The translations under genes were made by a program, and so were the position numbers. From Octopus vulgaris (lineage: Eukaryota), in NCBI GenBank assembly GCA_951406725.2, contig OX597840.1, positions 22,568,001-22,632,000 on the forward strand: a DNA stretch of 64,000 nt. The letters run 5' to 3'. The notes beneath the pieces are model-generated. The model was not told the DNA's origin. It saw nothing but the letters and a program-made list of their open reading frames with translations, and searched no databases. Positions 24,572 to 37,319 of the stretch are shown piece by piece (position 1 is the stretch's first letter; every line of letters starts with the position of its first letter).

Positions 24572-25783
24572 CACAAACATGACAAAAGTAAATAGATACC
24601 CATTAACACATTGTTTTATGGTTATTATAACTTGAAGAGGTTTATATTTTTTTTTATTAATTGACATTTATATGTTTCAGGTTCTATATGTAACTGTTTA
24701 ATCATGCCATGTACAAAAGAAGCCTTAAAAATGTCCAATTTACAAAGAGGCCATATGCTTGCCTATTTCAAGGCTGACTTAGCCTAAAACCACAGAAAAC
24801 ATTGTGATTCCACTTTCTACAGTAAATAGAGTAATTTTTCAATTCACTAAATGGGAAAGTAGTCCATATCACCTTACCCAGGTAGACTAAGGCCCTCTGA
24901 CAGAACACTTTGCTTTCTTAAGAGAAGTGTGTAAGATAATCCTCATTGCAAGGCCTCCAATATAGCAGAATAAGTTGATGTCAGTCCCAGAATAGCTGTC
25001 AGTTATCTCCGCAAAATTGGCTATTATGGCAGAGCAGCAAGAAAGAAGACACTGCTTCGACCAGCCAATATCAAATGGAGAAAAGATTGGACAAGTGAGA
25101 TGGTAGAGAGGTCACTAGCACTTTGGGACACTGTCAAATTCTCTGATGAATCCAAATTTGCTGTATTTTCTGACACTGGTCGAATGTGGGTCTGGAGAAT
25201 CAGTCACCAATATTTTCACGTGAATATATTGCAGCCAACAATGGAACATGTGATGGTCTGGAGAGCAGTTTGGAGCAATAGTTAATCAGAAATGGTGGAG
25301 TGTGAGGGATACATAAACTCAGATAAATATGTGTCCATATTATAGAAAAATCTTCTTCCTATAACCTCCAGGGGTAAAATGATTAAATAACACTATTTAT
25401 CGAAGATAGGGGCTTTCTTGCACAACTAAAAGACCCAGGATTGGTTGGAAGAGAATGGCATTAAAAAGCTTCCATAGCTAAGCCAATCACCAGATATGAA
25501 CCCTACTGAACACCTCTGAGGCATGATGGATGGGATACTTCCTAAAAAGAAAAAGAAAGCATCCTTAAAGCCAGATCTTTTGATATTACTGCAAGAAACT
25601 TGGCAAGAAAATCATGAAGAGAATATTCATCAGATCAGTAGCATGCCTGTTAGGGTCCTTGCATTCAAAAATGCAAGGAGCCTGTCTACTAAATATTAGA
25701 TATTCACATTATAATAATTAATAAATAATTTAAATAAATTTTAACAATCATAAGGGTGTCTATTTAATTCCGTCATGTCTATG
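24572..25783 (+). mobile_element. Decayed Tc1-like DNA transposon with diverged TIRs and TA target sites
   Basis: WDTVKFSDESKF, VMVW and SQSPDMNPTEH relics. Left end TA|CACAAACATGACAAAAGTAAATAGATACCC versus right-end reverse complement TA|CATAGACATGACGGAATTAAATAGACACCC. Confidence 0.88.
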
Positions 25784-25999
25784 TAGTTTTTGAAGCAAAA
25801 CACAATGGAAACATTAATATTAAGACCTTTTCAAAATCTCTCAAGCATTTCATGCACACTGAGATTTTATTGACATTCATTCAAATTCACTCATTCCAAC
25901 ATGAAACAATTTTTTCCATCAAAAACTTTGTGATGTTTTCACTGTCTCTAATTTGATCTAGATCCTCTAAGTGTTCTAATGCATTCATGCCTTAATTTC

Positions 26000-26560
26000 A
26001 ATTTGTTGCCTAGATTTTTCCTCAGGGCCAACTCACCAAACAGAAATTAATGAGAGACCTAATTGCCTTTCATCTTGATCACATAAATACACCCACACAT
26101 TTGGTGCTCAAATACAGCATGCTCCACACTAGGAGATTGACAGTTACCCACTATATGCAAAAATCGAACACACTTGCAGTACTAAACAAGCCATTACTAT
26201 TGCATTTTCTGGCTTCATGTTTCCCAATTATATCCCAATTTTTTTTATCTCTGAAATCACCAAGTATGAAGATTTTATAAGCAGAAAGAACATAGAAGCT
26301 TTTTTCATGAAAGATAAAATATTAGTCTTTTTTTTCTCTTCAGAGGAACACATGGTTGGAGGGTAGACACTTACTAAGGTAACAAATCTCTTGTTTGACA
26401 ATGGCAATCTCACTGACATCAAGGTAATCAGTAAATCCAGAGAGTTCATAATCTTAGATGCCAATATTTCACAAACATTCAATGGTCTGTACTCTCTTGC
26501 AGTAGCAAGATGACACATAGGCCCAGGCTGCAATACTGTGGGACACCTTCACTATCCATT
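26000..26560 (-). pseudogene. Decayed RTE-type APE endonuclease fragment (mirror ~43280-43830, plus)
   Basis: LMSVRLPLSNKRFVTLVSVYPPTM followed by out-of-frame ILGDF and CNSNGL relics. Confidence 0.7.
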
Positions 26561-28253
26561 CCACATCCCTTCTTGACATTACTCTAAATTATTTTGATTT
26601 TTCAATGAGTATTTTGCACTTTTTGTCAACAGTTACCTATAACATGCATCACATAATTGATATGGTGTATACACACACATGCAATAAGCATCATATAGTT
26701 CCCATCAACCACTTTCACTAAAAATGCATTTGTTGGTCCCTACCTATAGTCGAAGACTCTTGCCCAAAATGACACACAGTAGAACTAGACCCTAAACCAT
26801 GGCATTGGGAAACAAACATATTTTACATTTGCAAACATATATGTCTTATGGAAATTGTTCAATATACACAGAGAAACAGGTGTTCAATGTACAAACAGCT
26901 ATGGTTAACTAACAGAAAACTTAATTTAACAAAAAAATTATGTACTTACATACAGGTGAAGCTTCTTGTTTGGTAAAATCAACAAGTATAAAGAAAAGTC
27001 TACATGTAGTTGTGGTGAGAGTCATTGGCACCCCTATGGGATTGGAAGAATGGACTAGAAAAACATAAAAAAATTAGTATTGGTTGAGACAAAGAGAGTC
27101 ATTGGGAGTTCATGGAAGTTGTTGACATTGTTCAGAGTTTATATTTATTAGTGTGTTTAGAGAGTAATCTTCAGAAATTTGCATATCCAACATATAGAAG
27201 GATATAAAATAAACAAAAGTTTCGCAAGTAAACCAATAAGTGTAATCGTTCATTTTTTAACTGAAAGTAAAAATGAAAAACATCCTAATAGTAGCGAAAG
27301 GAAAATTTTGGCTTTAATATACAGTTCACTACTTCTTATTTGAAGTGATAAGTTGCCAAGTATTATACAAATGGAAACTTTTACATGTCTCAGGAAAGAC
27401 ATGAATGCAAGCAATGTGAGACCAACTTTCATTAAAACTACACAAGAAATTCATCAAAATTCATTCACAGATTTTATTCTATTAAACTTCAGATGGTGGA
27501 GAGGCACAATTGTTAGTGTTGGCAAAATACCTTCCAATATTTCTACCAGCTCTTTATATTCTAGTTTCAAATCCTGTTGAGGCTAACTTTGTTTCTCTTC
27601 CTTTCATGGTTGATAAAAAAAAGTGCAAGTCAAGTAATAAGATCAATTTAATCAATTAACCACTTCCTCTAAAATTTGAGGCATTCCCCTGTTTTACAAA
27701 CATGACCAATTAATCAAATGACTTGGGAAAAATAAATCTGCATGTTAGGAAACAGGATAGCTTTCCTGTCATTCAAATATTCGTGAAATTTACAATATAC
27801 CATAATTTCAGCAATTCACATAGTCATATTGTAAGAGAGTTCATCATCATTTCACTAAAGATGCATACACTAATATAGAAACTGATATTAATTAAGAAAT
27901 CTTACCCATAAACAATATTTTTTATGCTATTTCACCAATGAGCAACTAATAAGGCAGAGTTTAACCATGCTTCCTTCACCAGTTTATCATATGGCTCTCA
28001 ATCCATTCAAGCCTTTATTGCAAAACAGCTCAGTTTGCTAATTCTTTACAAAGGGCAGTACAGGTGAGAAACATAAAATGGACAAAATGAGTGATGAGTA
28101 GCAATAAAAAAACATAAGCATCTATCTATTTATCTATATATCTATCGAGCTATCAAGCAGTCTATCTTTCTAGGTGTTTGGTAGTTGGTATGTCTATTCT
28201 TCTTCTGACTCTATCTATTTCTGTCTATATATTTATCTATGTTACAATCTGTT

Positions 28254-28310
<57 letters not shown>

Positions 28311-28599
28311 AGAGAGCGAGAGAGAGAAAGAGATGTACTTGCATAGCGAGTGGCAAGGTAACAGTCAAGTATACAAATTGAACTGACACATATTACATAA
28401 ACATACGTTCGCAAGTACATACACATGTACACACACACAGACACGTCTATTTCTCCTAAATACTCACATACGTAAGTACATAAGTACATACATACATGCG
28501 TATAGGCATGCGCACATACATGTACACATATACATACATAAACACATACATACGTACGTACATACATATATATCATGAACTAACTGTTACTTTCTCAGA

Positions 28600-31228
28600 T
28601 GCAGCACGGAATTTTGTCAGTGAAGTCGCAGTCTCAAAGCGACGAAAATATTTTGACAAATTAAATTTAAATATTAAAGTGAATCTAACGGTTTTTGTGT
28701 GTTTCTTAAATGGCTTATAAACACCTTCCATGCTGCAATTGTTTTCATTCCAGTACAGCAAAGTTTACCCTTACTAAATCCAAACTCCTGTCAGCTTTCT
28801 CTAATTACACCCAAAGGCATAAACAAAAACGAACAAAAAATAAGACCCGTGATCTTGACACCAAAATTAAGAAAGGCCTTAACAAATTAAAAAATCATAT
28901 AAAAAATAAGAGATTGTATGCTTCCCGACTGACAAATCAGTTAGAATGTCTGTTGACAACTTATCTAATTACATTTTGAACATGCAACCACACATTGAAA
29001 ACGAAAAAGTCCTCAATGCTCACATGGGGATGCGGAGTATCATTCTCCAGTCTGAGGAATGCACAGCAAACAATTTCATAACTACCAACAATGAAATCCC
29101 ACCCCTATATGGCCTTCGAAAAGATCATAAGATCCACATGGATCATATACTTGGGCCACCTACCCGACCTGTTTGTGGTGCCAACAATGCAAACAACCAC
29201 AAAATATCATATTTTCTCTCACAATTCATAAGACCCTTAATAGAGTTATCTGCAGATTTACGTGATAGTACTGAAGACCTCCTTAGCAGGATCCGCGAAT
29301 GCAACAACACATGTGACCTCAGAGAGCACATCGTAGGTATCATGGATATGGTATCACTGTAAGGCGGCGAGCTGGCAGAAACGTTAGCACGCCAGGCGAA
29401 ATGCTTAGCGGTATTTCGTCTGCCGTTACGTTGTGAGTTCAAATTCCGCCGAGGTCAACTTTACCTTTCATCCTTTCGGGGTCGATAAATTAAGTACCAG
29501 TTACGTACTGGGGTCGATGTATTCGACTTAATACCTATGTCTGTCCTTGTTTGTCCCCTCTGTGTTTAGCCCCTTGTGGGTAATAAAGAAATAGGTATCA
29601 CTATATCCTTCCATTGATATAGAATTTGCTGTCGAAAAATGTATAAAGATAATTAGTGAGAGTAATATATTTAAAAATGCGGACATATATGAACTATGGC
29701 TCTTCCTGGCACCAATGAGTATCTGTCACACAATAATCTTCTATATGCTTGTCTTTCCCGTAACAAACGAGGTAGACCACCTACCATTACCTCAGCATAC
29801 AAAAAGACCCATTGTGAACGCTGACAGGGTTTGATGAGGCAGACTACCCACCTTCAGATGCACAGGACATCAGAACTACTATTGCACATGCTATCGGTGT
29901 CAGCCTTAGAACTATACTTAAAACCCATATTTTTAAGTTTAACAAAAAACTGTATAAACAGACGAAAGTGGTGCTATTGGAGTAGGGATCGTCGGTGATG
30001 TTGCAAACCTCTTCATTGGATGGTGGGACAGACAGTTTAAACAGTGCCTAGTGACCTGTAACATCCACTTAGCTATGTACTCTATACATTGACGACATTA
30101 ACATTGTTGTGAAATGTAATAATAATACAGACACAGAGATAGAATCTCTACTAAATGAAGAACAGGTGATGACAGCTATACAACACATGGCTAACTCTAT
30201 CCATAGCAGTATAAAAGTTACCGTAGACTGCCTCTCTAAACACCCCAGTAACAGATTACCTGTCCTAGATACTGAGCTGTGGATAGAAAATACTATGGTT
30301 AACGGAACTGTTAAATCCTGTTTACTCCACTCACACTCTTGTAAACCTATGGCTAATCCACTGGTAATCCGTAGTAACTCAACGATGTCGAGTACTAACA
30401 AGCTCAACATCCTGGTGGCAGACTTAGTTAGATTAATGAGGAATGTATATCTCCACTATGCCAACCACAAGAACGACAACACATCCAGCACTTCATATTC
30501 CGAATGCAACGCCCCGGATACACACAATATGAGAGAATCAGAGTGTACAAAGGAGCAAAACCAAGATTCAAACACATTCTAAGTGATGACGAAAACAGTG
30601 TATGGTTCCTATACCGCAACAAGTTCTGGAATAGGTTAGAGAGGGACACCAAGAAAAGAAATAAGACCAATACTTGGTATAACAAGAGATTTCACAGTGT
30701 AATGTTTGTTGATGCCACACCTAAGAACGAATTATGTAAGGCATTCAAGGAAATCCTACACACAACTGGCCTTAAGATCAAGGTTGTAGAAAAGACAGGT
30801 AGGACTATCAAATCTGTATTGTGTAGATCATATCCTTTCGATAGATTCCCATGTCAAAATAATTGCGCAGTATGTTCCACAAACCCACATGTGAACTGTA
30901 AAACCAAGAACATTGTGCCAAGAAGGAGCTTGAGACTAACCCAGAGTCATACATAGGTGAAACTTCTAGGAGTATCAATGATAGGTTCAAAGAACACCTG
31001 GACAACTACATTGAAAAGAAACCAAACTCCATCTTCTATCAGCATGCTGTAGACTGTCACAAGGGCTCCTTAGGGAGACTTAAGTTAAACATTTTATCCA
31101 CACATCCCACTGATGCAGTGCTGAGACAGGTCAATAAATCTGTCTGTATACAAGAATACAAACCCACTCTCAACCGAAAATCCGAATGGAGTAACATCCA
31201 GATTCCACTCAGGATGACCATTCTATAA
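28600..31228 (+). mobile_element. Penelope-like retroelement pseudogene (RT + GIY-YIG endonuclease), frameshifted and SINE-interrupted
   Basis: PTDKS (~28925), PPLYGLRKDHK..GPPTRPV, GIMDMVSL|YPSID, YIDD (~30084), LPVLD, and a C-terminal C..C...YIGETSRSINDRFKEH. Confidence 0.88.
29362..29593 (+). mobile_element. Full-length tRNA-derived SINE (Meta-domain-like centre) with a 12-bp TSD
   Basis: A-box-like TGGCAGAAACG, B-box GAGTTCAAATTCC, central CTTTCATCCTTTCGGGGTCGATAAATTAAGTACCAG. TSD GGTATCACT(G/A)TA at 29350-29361 and 29594-29605. Confidence 0.9.
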
Positions 31229-31520
31229 CCACCCCTCTCTCTCTCTCTCTCTCTCATTTACAAGTAGTAATCCATGCATAAATGTTGAAATGCATGGTAC
31301 TAAAATACATATATGCAGTTATATCTAACCGTACGAGCGTACATTGTTTGATACGTATGTACATATGTGTAGATGTATATGTGTGTATACGTATGTGTAT
31401 GTGTAAATATACATATGAATTATATATGTATGCATGTAAAAAATAAATAAAAAGAATAAATAGAATAAAATAAAACAAGTTTGAATTTTAACCATTGTCC
31501 TTGGAAAAATTGTCATATAT

Positions 31521-32480
31521 ATGTATACGAACAGCCATGCTACACGGCAGTGAAACATGGGCGGTGACTGCTGAAGATATGCGTAAGCTCGCAAGAAATG
31601 AAGCCAGTATGCTCCGATGGATGTGTAATGTCAGTGTTCATACTAGACAGAGTGTAAGTACTTTGAGAGAAAAGTTGGACCTAAGAAGCATCAGTTGTGG
31701 TGTGCAAGAGAGACGTTTGCACTGGTATGGTCATGTGGCGAGAATGGATGTAGATAGTTGTTTGAAACAGTGCCACGCCCTAGCGGTTGAGGGAACCTGT
31801 GGAAGAGGTAGACCCAGGAAAACCTGGGACGAGGTAGTGAAGCACGACCTTCGAACTTTAGGTTTCACCGAGGAAATGACTAGAGACCGAGACCTTTGGA
31901 AGTATGCTGTGCGTGAGAAGACCCGGCAGGACAAGTGAGGCCATAATTCCGTGGCCTCTACCTGGGATGTAGCCAGCCCACTTATGCATTCCTTTCCTTC
32001 TTGGGACACAAAGCTCCACTTGTGAAGACCTGTTGAGGCAAGTGAAAATCAAAATCGTATTCAATCAACATCAATGGAATTTGTAGCTGTGATACCAGTG
32101 CTGGTGGCACGTAAGAGAACCATCCGAACGTGGCCATAGCCAGCACCGCCCTAACTGGCCTCCGTGCCGGTGGCACGTAAAAAGCACCATCCGATTCGTG
32201 GCCGTTGCCAGCTTCGTCTGGTCTCCGTGCTGGTGGCACGTAAAAATCACCATCCGATCGTGGCCGTTTGCCAGCATCGTCTGGCACCTGTACCGGCGGC
32301 ACGTAAAAAGCACCCACTACATTCACAGAGTGGTTGGCGTTAGGAAGGGCATTCAGCTGTAGAAACACTGCCAAATCAGACTGGGCCTGGTGCAGCCTTC
32401 TGGCTTTCCAGACCCCAGTTGAACCGTCCAACCCATGCTAGCATAGAAAGTGGACGTTAAATGATGATGATGATGATGAT
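31521..32480 (+). mobile_element. 5'-truncated RTE-clade LINE (ORF C-terminus, repeat-bearing 3' UTR, (GAT)n tail)
   Basis: ORF 31495-31938 LHGSETW...MLRWMC...RRLHWYGHV.RM...GRGRPRKTW; tail GGACGTTAAATGATGATG. Confidence 0.9.
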
Positions 32481-32499
32481 ATATATATATATATAGAAA

Positions 32500-33442
32500 T
32501 AGGGTTGGCAACTAAGTTCCCGCCGTTTTTTTTTATTTAAATTGTTTAAAAGGTTTAATGATTAAATAACAACTAATTAATCAATAATGTATTCACTTTT
32601 GTTGTTTACAACTTCTTCCCAATGTTCAAAAAGATTTTCAATACCTTGTTGGTAGAAATCACTCGATTTCGACTCGAAAAATTGATCCAACTAAGCTCTC
32701 AATTCTGTATCAGTACTGAACGAAACTCTGTGCATAGCATTTGAAAGAGATCGAAAGAGGTAGAAATCCGTTGGTACAAAATCAGGAGAGTACGGCGGAT
32801 GTGGCAGTACTTTCCAATCATGCATTTGAATTGCTTCCTTGGTCATATTGGCGATATGTGGGGTGGGCAATGCTGTGCAGCAGAGGAACTCATGCTGCCG
32901 ATTAAATCTTTTCTCTTGAATAGCCGTGTTGAGTCGTTCCATCTCTTGAACATAGAATTCTGCATTGACCATGTGGTTCTATTCAAGCAATTCGTAACGT
33001 ATAATCCCCTTCCAGTCCGACCATACGCACAACATCATTTTATGCAGATGGAGATCTTGTTTCATGTGCAGTGTCGCTTGTTTACCAAGAGCTCAGCCAT
33101 TCCTTTCCGCTGCTTCATTTTGATGTACAGGCACCATATTTTGTTGCCTGTGATGATTCGGTAAATAAATCGTTGCTTTTGTCCATGAGTTGAGCGGTGA
33201 TGAGCAAGCAAACCTGCAGAGATTATGGCTCATTGATTTTTGTTGTTGTCACTTAAAGCATTCGAACCCATCCTCCATACATCTGCACCTTTCCCATCGA
33301 ATAAAGATGCTTCTCTATAGCAGTGTGGGAGCATTCCATTTTCTCTCATATTTCCCTTGCTTTTGACAAGGATTTTAGTGCAAAAGTCGGTTTAGTTGCT
33401 CTTCCTCGAACTCAACTGGATAGCCAGAACGAGATTATTAAT
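32500..33442 (-). mobile_element. mariner-family transposase pseudogene with one putative terminal repeat; 5' side lost at an RTE insertion
   Basis: KMMLCVW.D.KG, VNAEFY, LPHPPYSPDFVPTDFYLFRSL (YSPDLAPxD-type motif). End reads TAGGGTTGGCAACTAAGTTCCCGCCG. Confidence 0.88.
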
Positions 33443-34041
33443 TATCATCATCATCATCATCGTTTAGCGTCCGTTTTCCATGCTAGCATGGGTTGGACGG
33501 TTCTACTGGGGTCTGTGAAGCCAGAAGGCTTCATCAGGCCCAGTCAAATCTGGCAGTGTTTCTACAGCTGGATGCCCTTCCTAACGCCAACCACTCCGTG
33601 AGTGTAGTGGGTGCTTTTTACGTGCCACCTGCATAGGTGCCAGACAGAGCTGGCAAACGGCCACGAACGGATGGTGCTTTTTATGTGCCACCGGCATGAG
33701 GCCAGTCGGGGCGGCGCTGGCAACGGTCGCGAAACGGAAGGTTCTCTTACATGCCACCAGCACTGGTAACACACATCTGCAATTTCCATTGATCGATTTC
33801 GATTACTGATCCTCACTTGCCTCAACAGGTCTTCAGGCAAGTAGAGTTTTGTGTCCCAAGAAGGGAAGGTATGCATACGTAGGCTGGCTCCATCCCATGT
33901 AGAAGGCCACGGGTTATGGTCTCACTTGTCCTGCCGGGTCTTCTCGCGCACAGCACACTTCCAGAGGTCTCGGTCTCTAGTCATTTCCTCAGTGAGACCT
34001 AAAGTTCGAAGGTCGTGCTTCACCACCTCGTCCCAGGTTTT
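33443..34041 (-). mobile_element. RTE LINE 3' end (UTR + (GAT)n tail); mirror at 35761-36354 (plus)
   Basis: (ATC)n then CGTTTAGCGTCCGTTTTCCATGCTAGCATGGGTTGGACGG; encodes TWDEVVKHDLRTLG on the minus strand. Confidence 0.88.
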
Positions 34042-34224
34042 ATAAATTTTATAAATTATAAATTGATTAATTAATTTCATCCTTTATTATTATTGATATA
34101 TATAAATATATATATATGAGAGAGAGAGAGTGAAACAGAGAGAGAAATATATATAGATAGATAGATAGATAGATAGTCAAACAGACCTCCTTAAAAAAAT
34201 CTCTCTCTATCTGAATTTGGTGAT

Positions 34225-34380
34225 ATGAGGGAAGACGTTGTCATGATGCAGAGGAGCTCCATGCTACTGATTAGGTCTTTTCTCTTGAATAGCCGTGTTG
34301 TGTTGTTCCATCCGTTGAACATAGAGTTCCACGTTGACCGTTTGGCTCTGTTCAATCAGTTCGTAATGGATAATCTTCTA
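34225..34380 (-). pseudogene. Short second mariner fragment
   Basis: TCTTTTCTCTTGAATAGCCGTGTTG..GTTCCATC matches 32907-32944. The minus strand encodes LLCIMTTS, the frameshifted HDN region. Confidence 0.7.
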
Positions 34381-35325
34381 CACAGCCCCTGTCAATTTCC
34401 TGCACATGAATGCTCCTGACGCTACACACTCTTAAATCCCCACATTATATCTATTTTCCTACATGCGTACTTTCTCTGCGCATTGTGTGCATGTATGTAT
34501 CGCTATGTACTAAACATAGCCATTTGTATGCGGTATAGAAATATGCATGATGCGCAACGGATGTTATCATGTAACCACTATTCCTTTTCATAATGTAAAC
34601 ATAATATCTTTACAAATACGTGTAACAGGAGAGTCGCTGTATCCTATGGTAAACAGTAGAATAACTACATGTTGCCTTCCTTGGTTACATTTCTGCTTAT
34701 TGTATTAGGGAATGTGGCATGATTGAATATTTGTTACTTATAAAACGAGATGTCTTCTACTTCACGAAAGGAACAAGACTTATTGGAAAAGAAAAGAGTA
34801 AAGTACAGAGATGGAGGCAACAAAGTGAATGACGAGTAGCGGCACTGTCATGCCTTTGGGTGTCAGAAGTGAAAAGTAGAGAAATCTGACGTCAGACGTC
34901 ACCTTCGTGTACTTACGTCGTCTCTTTCGTTTATTTACGCCGTTTATTTACGTACCATTAATTGAAATGCAAGTAAAAGCTTGTATGTATGTATATATAT
35001 ATACATACATACACACATATATATAATATACATGTATATATACATATATATATATTTAATACATACATATATATAATATATACATGTATTTTTACCGCCT
35101 TTAGTCGCACAAATCGACCCCAGAACTTATTCTATCGGTCTTTTTTCTTAACCACTATACATTATATACATACATACAGATAGATAGATAGACCTTCACA
35201 CACACACACGCATATAATAGATATAAAATGTGTACGTGTGTACATTTTTTTTCAGAAAAAAATTCATACATTTTAAATATCAATAGCATTTCTCTTATTT
35301 TTTACATGAAGTTTTCGAAAAATGA

Positions 35326-35421
35326 ATTTAGAATGTAAAAATCAAATATATCAAATTAATAAACGCAAATTATTTAGAATGTAAAAATCAAATATATCAA
35401 ATTAATAAACGCAAATTATTT
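35326..35421. repeat. 46-bp perfect tandem duplication
   Basis: ATTTAGAATGTAAAAATCAAATATATCAAATTAATAAACGCAAATT at 35326 and 35372. Confidence 0.9.
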
Positions 35422-36354
35422 TCAAATATCATTTTCAACGGTGAGATTATCAAAATATAAACTTGAAGTTAAGTTTAAAAATAAATGCGATACTCATTCT
35501 GTCTTGATACTTATGCTCAAATACATGGATATAGCTGTCGAATTTGTTCTATCAACTTCCCGAATATATCATCCTTAAATTCATAGCGCCACATGAATTC
35601 GATGAGATGGGTCTGAAGTAAATTTCTATCTATCTGTTCCACATTCTCTCTCTATTTCGAGTCTTTACGTGTTTCCATAAACATTCTATGTGGTTGGTTG
35701 TGGCAAATGTTACCGGATCAACAAAATTTATAGAATGATTCACGGTCAAAATGTCTGTATAAAACCTGGCTGACTGAGGTGGTGAAGCACGACCAAAGGT
35801 CGAACTATTAGGTTGTCACTGAGGAATGATACGCTCGCGTATAATCTGTAATAGAGTGTCCGCTGTTCAGATTTTCAAGTGAGACCATAACCCGTGGCCT
35901 TCTACATGGGATGGAGCCAGCCTACGTATGCATACCTTCCCTTCTTGGGACACAAAACTCTACTTGTGAAGACCTGTTGAGGCAAGTGAGGATCAGAATC
36001 GAAATCGATCAATGGAAATTGCAGATGTGTTACCAGTGCTGGTGGCATGTAAGAGAACCTTCCGTTTCGCGACCATTGCCAGCGCCGCCCGACTGGCCTC
36101 ATGCCGGTGGCACATAAAAAGCACCATCCGTTCGTGGCCGTTTGCCAGCTCTGTCTGGCACCTATGCGGGTGGCACATAAAAAGCACCCACTACACTCAC
36201 GGAGTGGTTGGCGTTAGGAAGGGCATCCAGCTGTAGAAACACTGCCAGATTTGACTGGGCCTGATGAAGCCTTCTGGCTTCACAGACCCCAGAGAAACCG
36301 TCCAACCCATGCTAGCATGGAAAACGGACGCTAAACGATGATGATGATGATGAT

Positions 36355-37300
36355 AATTAATAATCTCGTTCTGGCTATCCAGTTGAGTTCGAGGAAGAGC
36401 AATTAAACCGACTTTTGCACTAAAATCCTTGTCAAAAGGCAAGGGAAATATGAGAGAAAATGGAATGCTCCCACACTGCTATAGAGAAGCATCTTTATTC
36501 GATGGGAAAGGTGCAGATGTATGGAGGATGGGTTCCGAATGCTTTAAGTGACAACAACAAAAATCAATGAGCCACAATCTCTGCAGGTTTGCTTGCTCAT
36601 CACCGCTCAACTCATGGACAAAAGCAACGATTTATTTACCGAATCATCACAGGCGACATAATATGGTGCCTGTACATCAAAATGAAGCAGCGGAAAGGAA
36701 TGGCTGAGCTCTGGTAAACAAGCGACACTGCACATGAAACAAGATCTCCATCTGCATAAAATGATGTTGTGCGTATGGTCGGACTGGAAGGGGATTATAC
36801 TCGTTACGAATTGCTTGAATGGAACCACATGGTCAATGCAGAATTCTATGTTCAAGAGATGGAACGACTCAACACGGCTATTCAAGAGAAAAGATTTAAT
36901 CGGCAGCATGAGTTCTTCTGCTGCACAGCATTGCCCACCCCACATATCGCCAATATGACCAAGGAAGCAATTCAAACGCATGATTGGAAAGTACTGCCAC
37001 ATCCGCCGTACTCTCCTGATTTTGTACCAACGGATTTCTACCTCTTTCGATCTCTTTCAAATGCTATGCACAGAGTTTCGTTCAGTACTGATACAGAATT
37101 GAGAGCTTAGTTGGATCAATTTTTCGAGTCGAAATCGAGTGATTTCTACCAACAAGGTATTGAAAATCTTTTTGAACATTGGGAAGAAGTTGTAAACAAC
37201 AAAAGTGAATACATTATTGATTAATTAGTTGTTATTTAATCATTAAACCTTTAAACAATTTAAATAAAAAAAAACGGCGGGAACTTAGTTGCCAACCCTA
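36355..37300 (+). mobile_element. Mirror copy of the mariner pseudogene
   Basis: ORF 36769-37110 with YELL, VNAEFY, HPPYSPDFVPTDF. Confidence 0.88.
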
Positions 37301-37319
37301 TTTCTATATATATATATAT

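Larger units (their letters stand above)
20376..34044. repeat. Left arm of a large inverted duplication (mate 35758-49364)
   Basis: ATAGAAATGAAAATAGTTGCACATCC at 20376 is the reverse complement of the sequence ending at 49364. Mirrored identical ORFs, e.g. 28946-29362(+) and 40440-40856(-). Confidence 0.97.

Noticed and set aside
29362-29450. tRNA gene
   Set aside because: The A/B boxes belong to a SINE head with a body and TSD; no convincing cloverleaf.
32090-32320. CRISPR-like repeat/spacer pattern in the RTE UTR and in the 100-bp array
   Set aside because: The context is eukaryotic, the units are degenerate tandem copies without unique spacers, and there are no cas genes.
34885-34900. 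Perfect palindrome TCTGACGTCAGA (CRE-like) about 10 bp from the geometric centre of the large inverted duplication
   Set aside because: The flanking ~600 bp on each side are not mirrored, and the true inner breakpoint is uncertain because of the garbled zone. A 12-bp palindrome could easily be coincidence.
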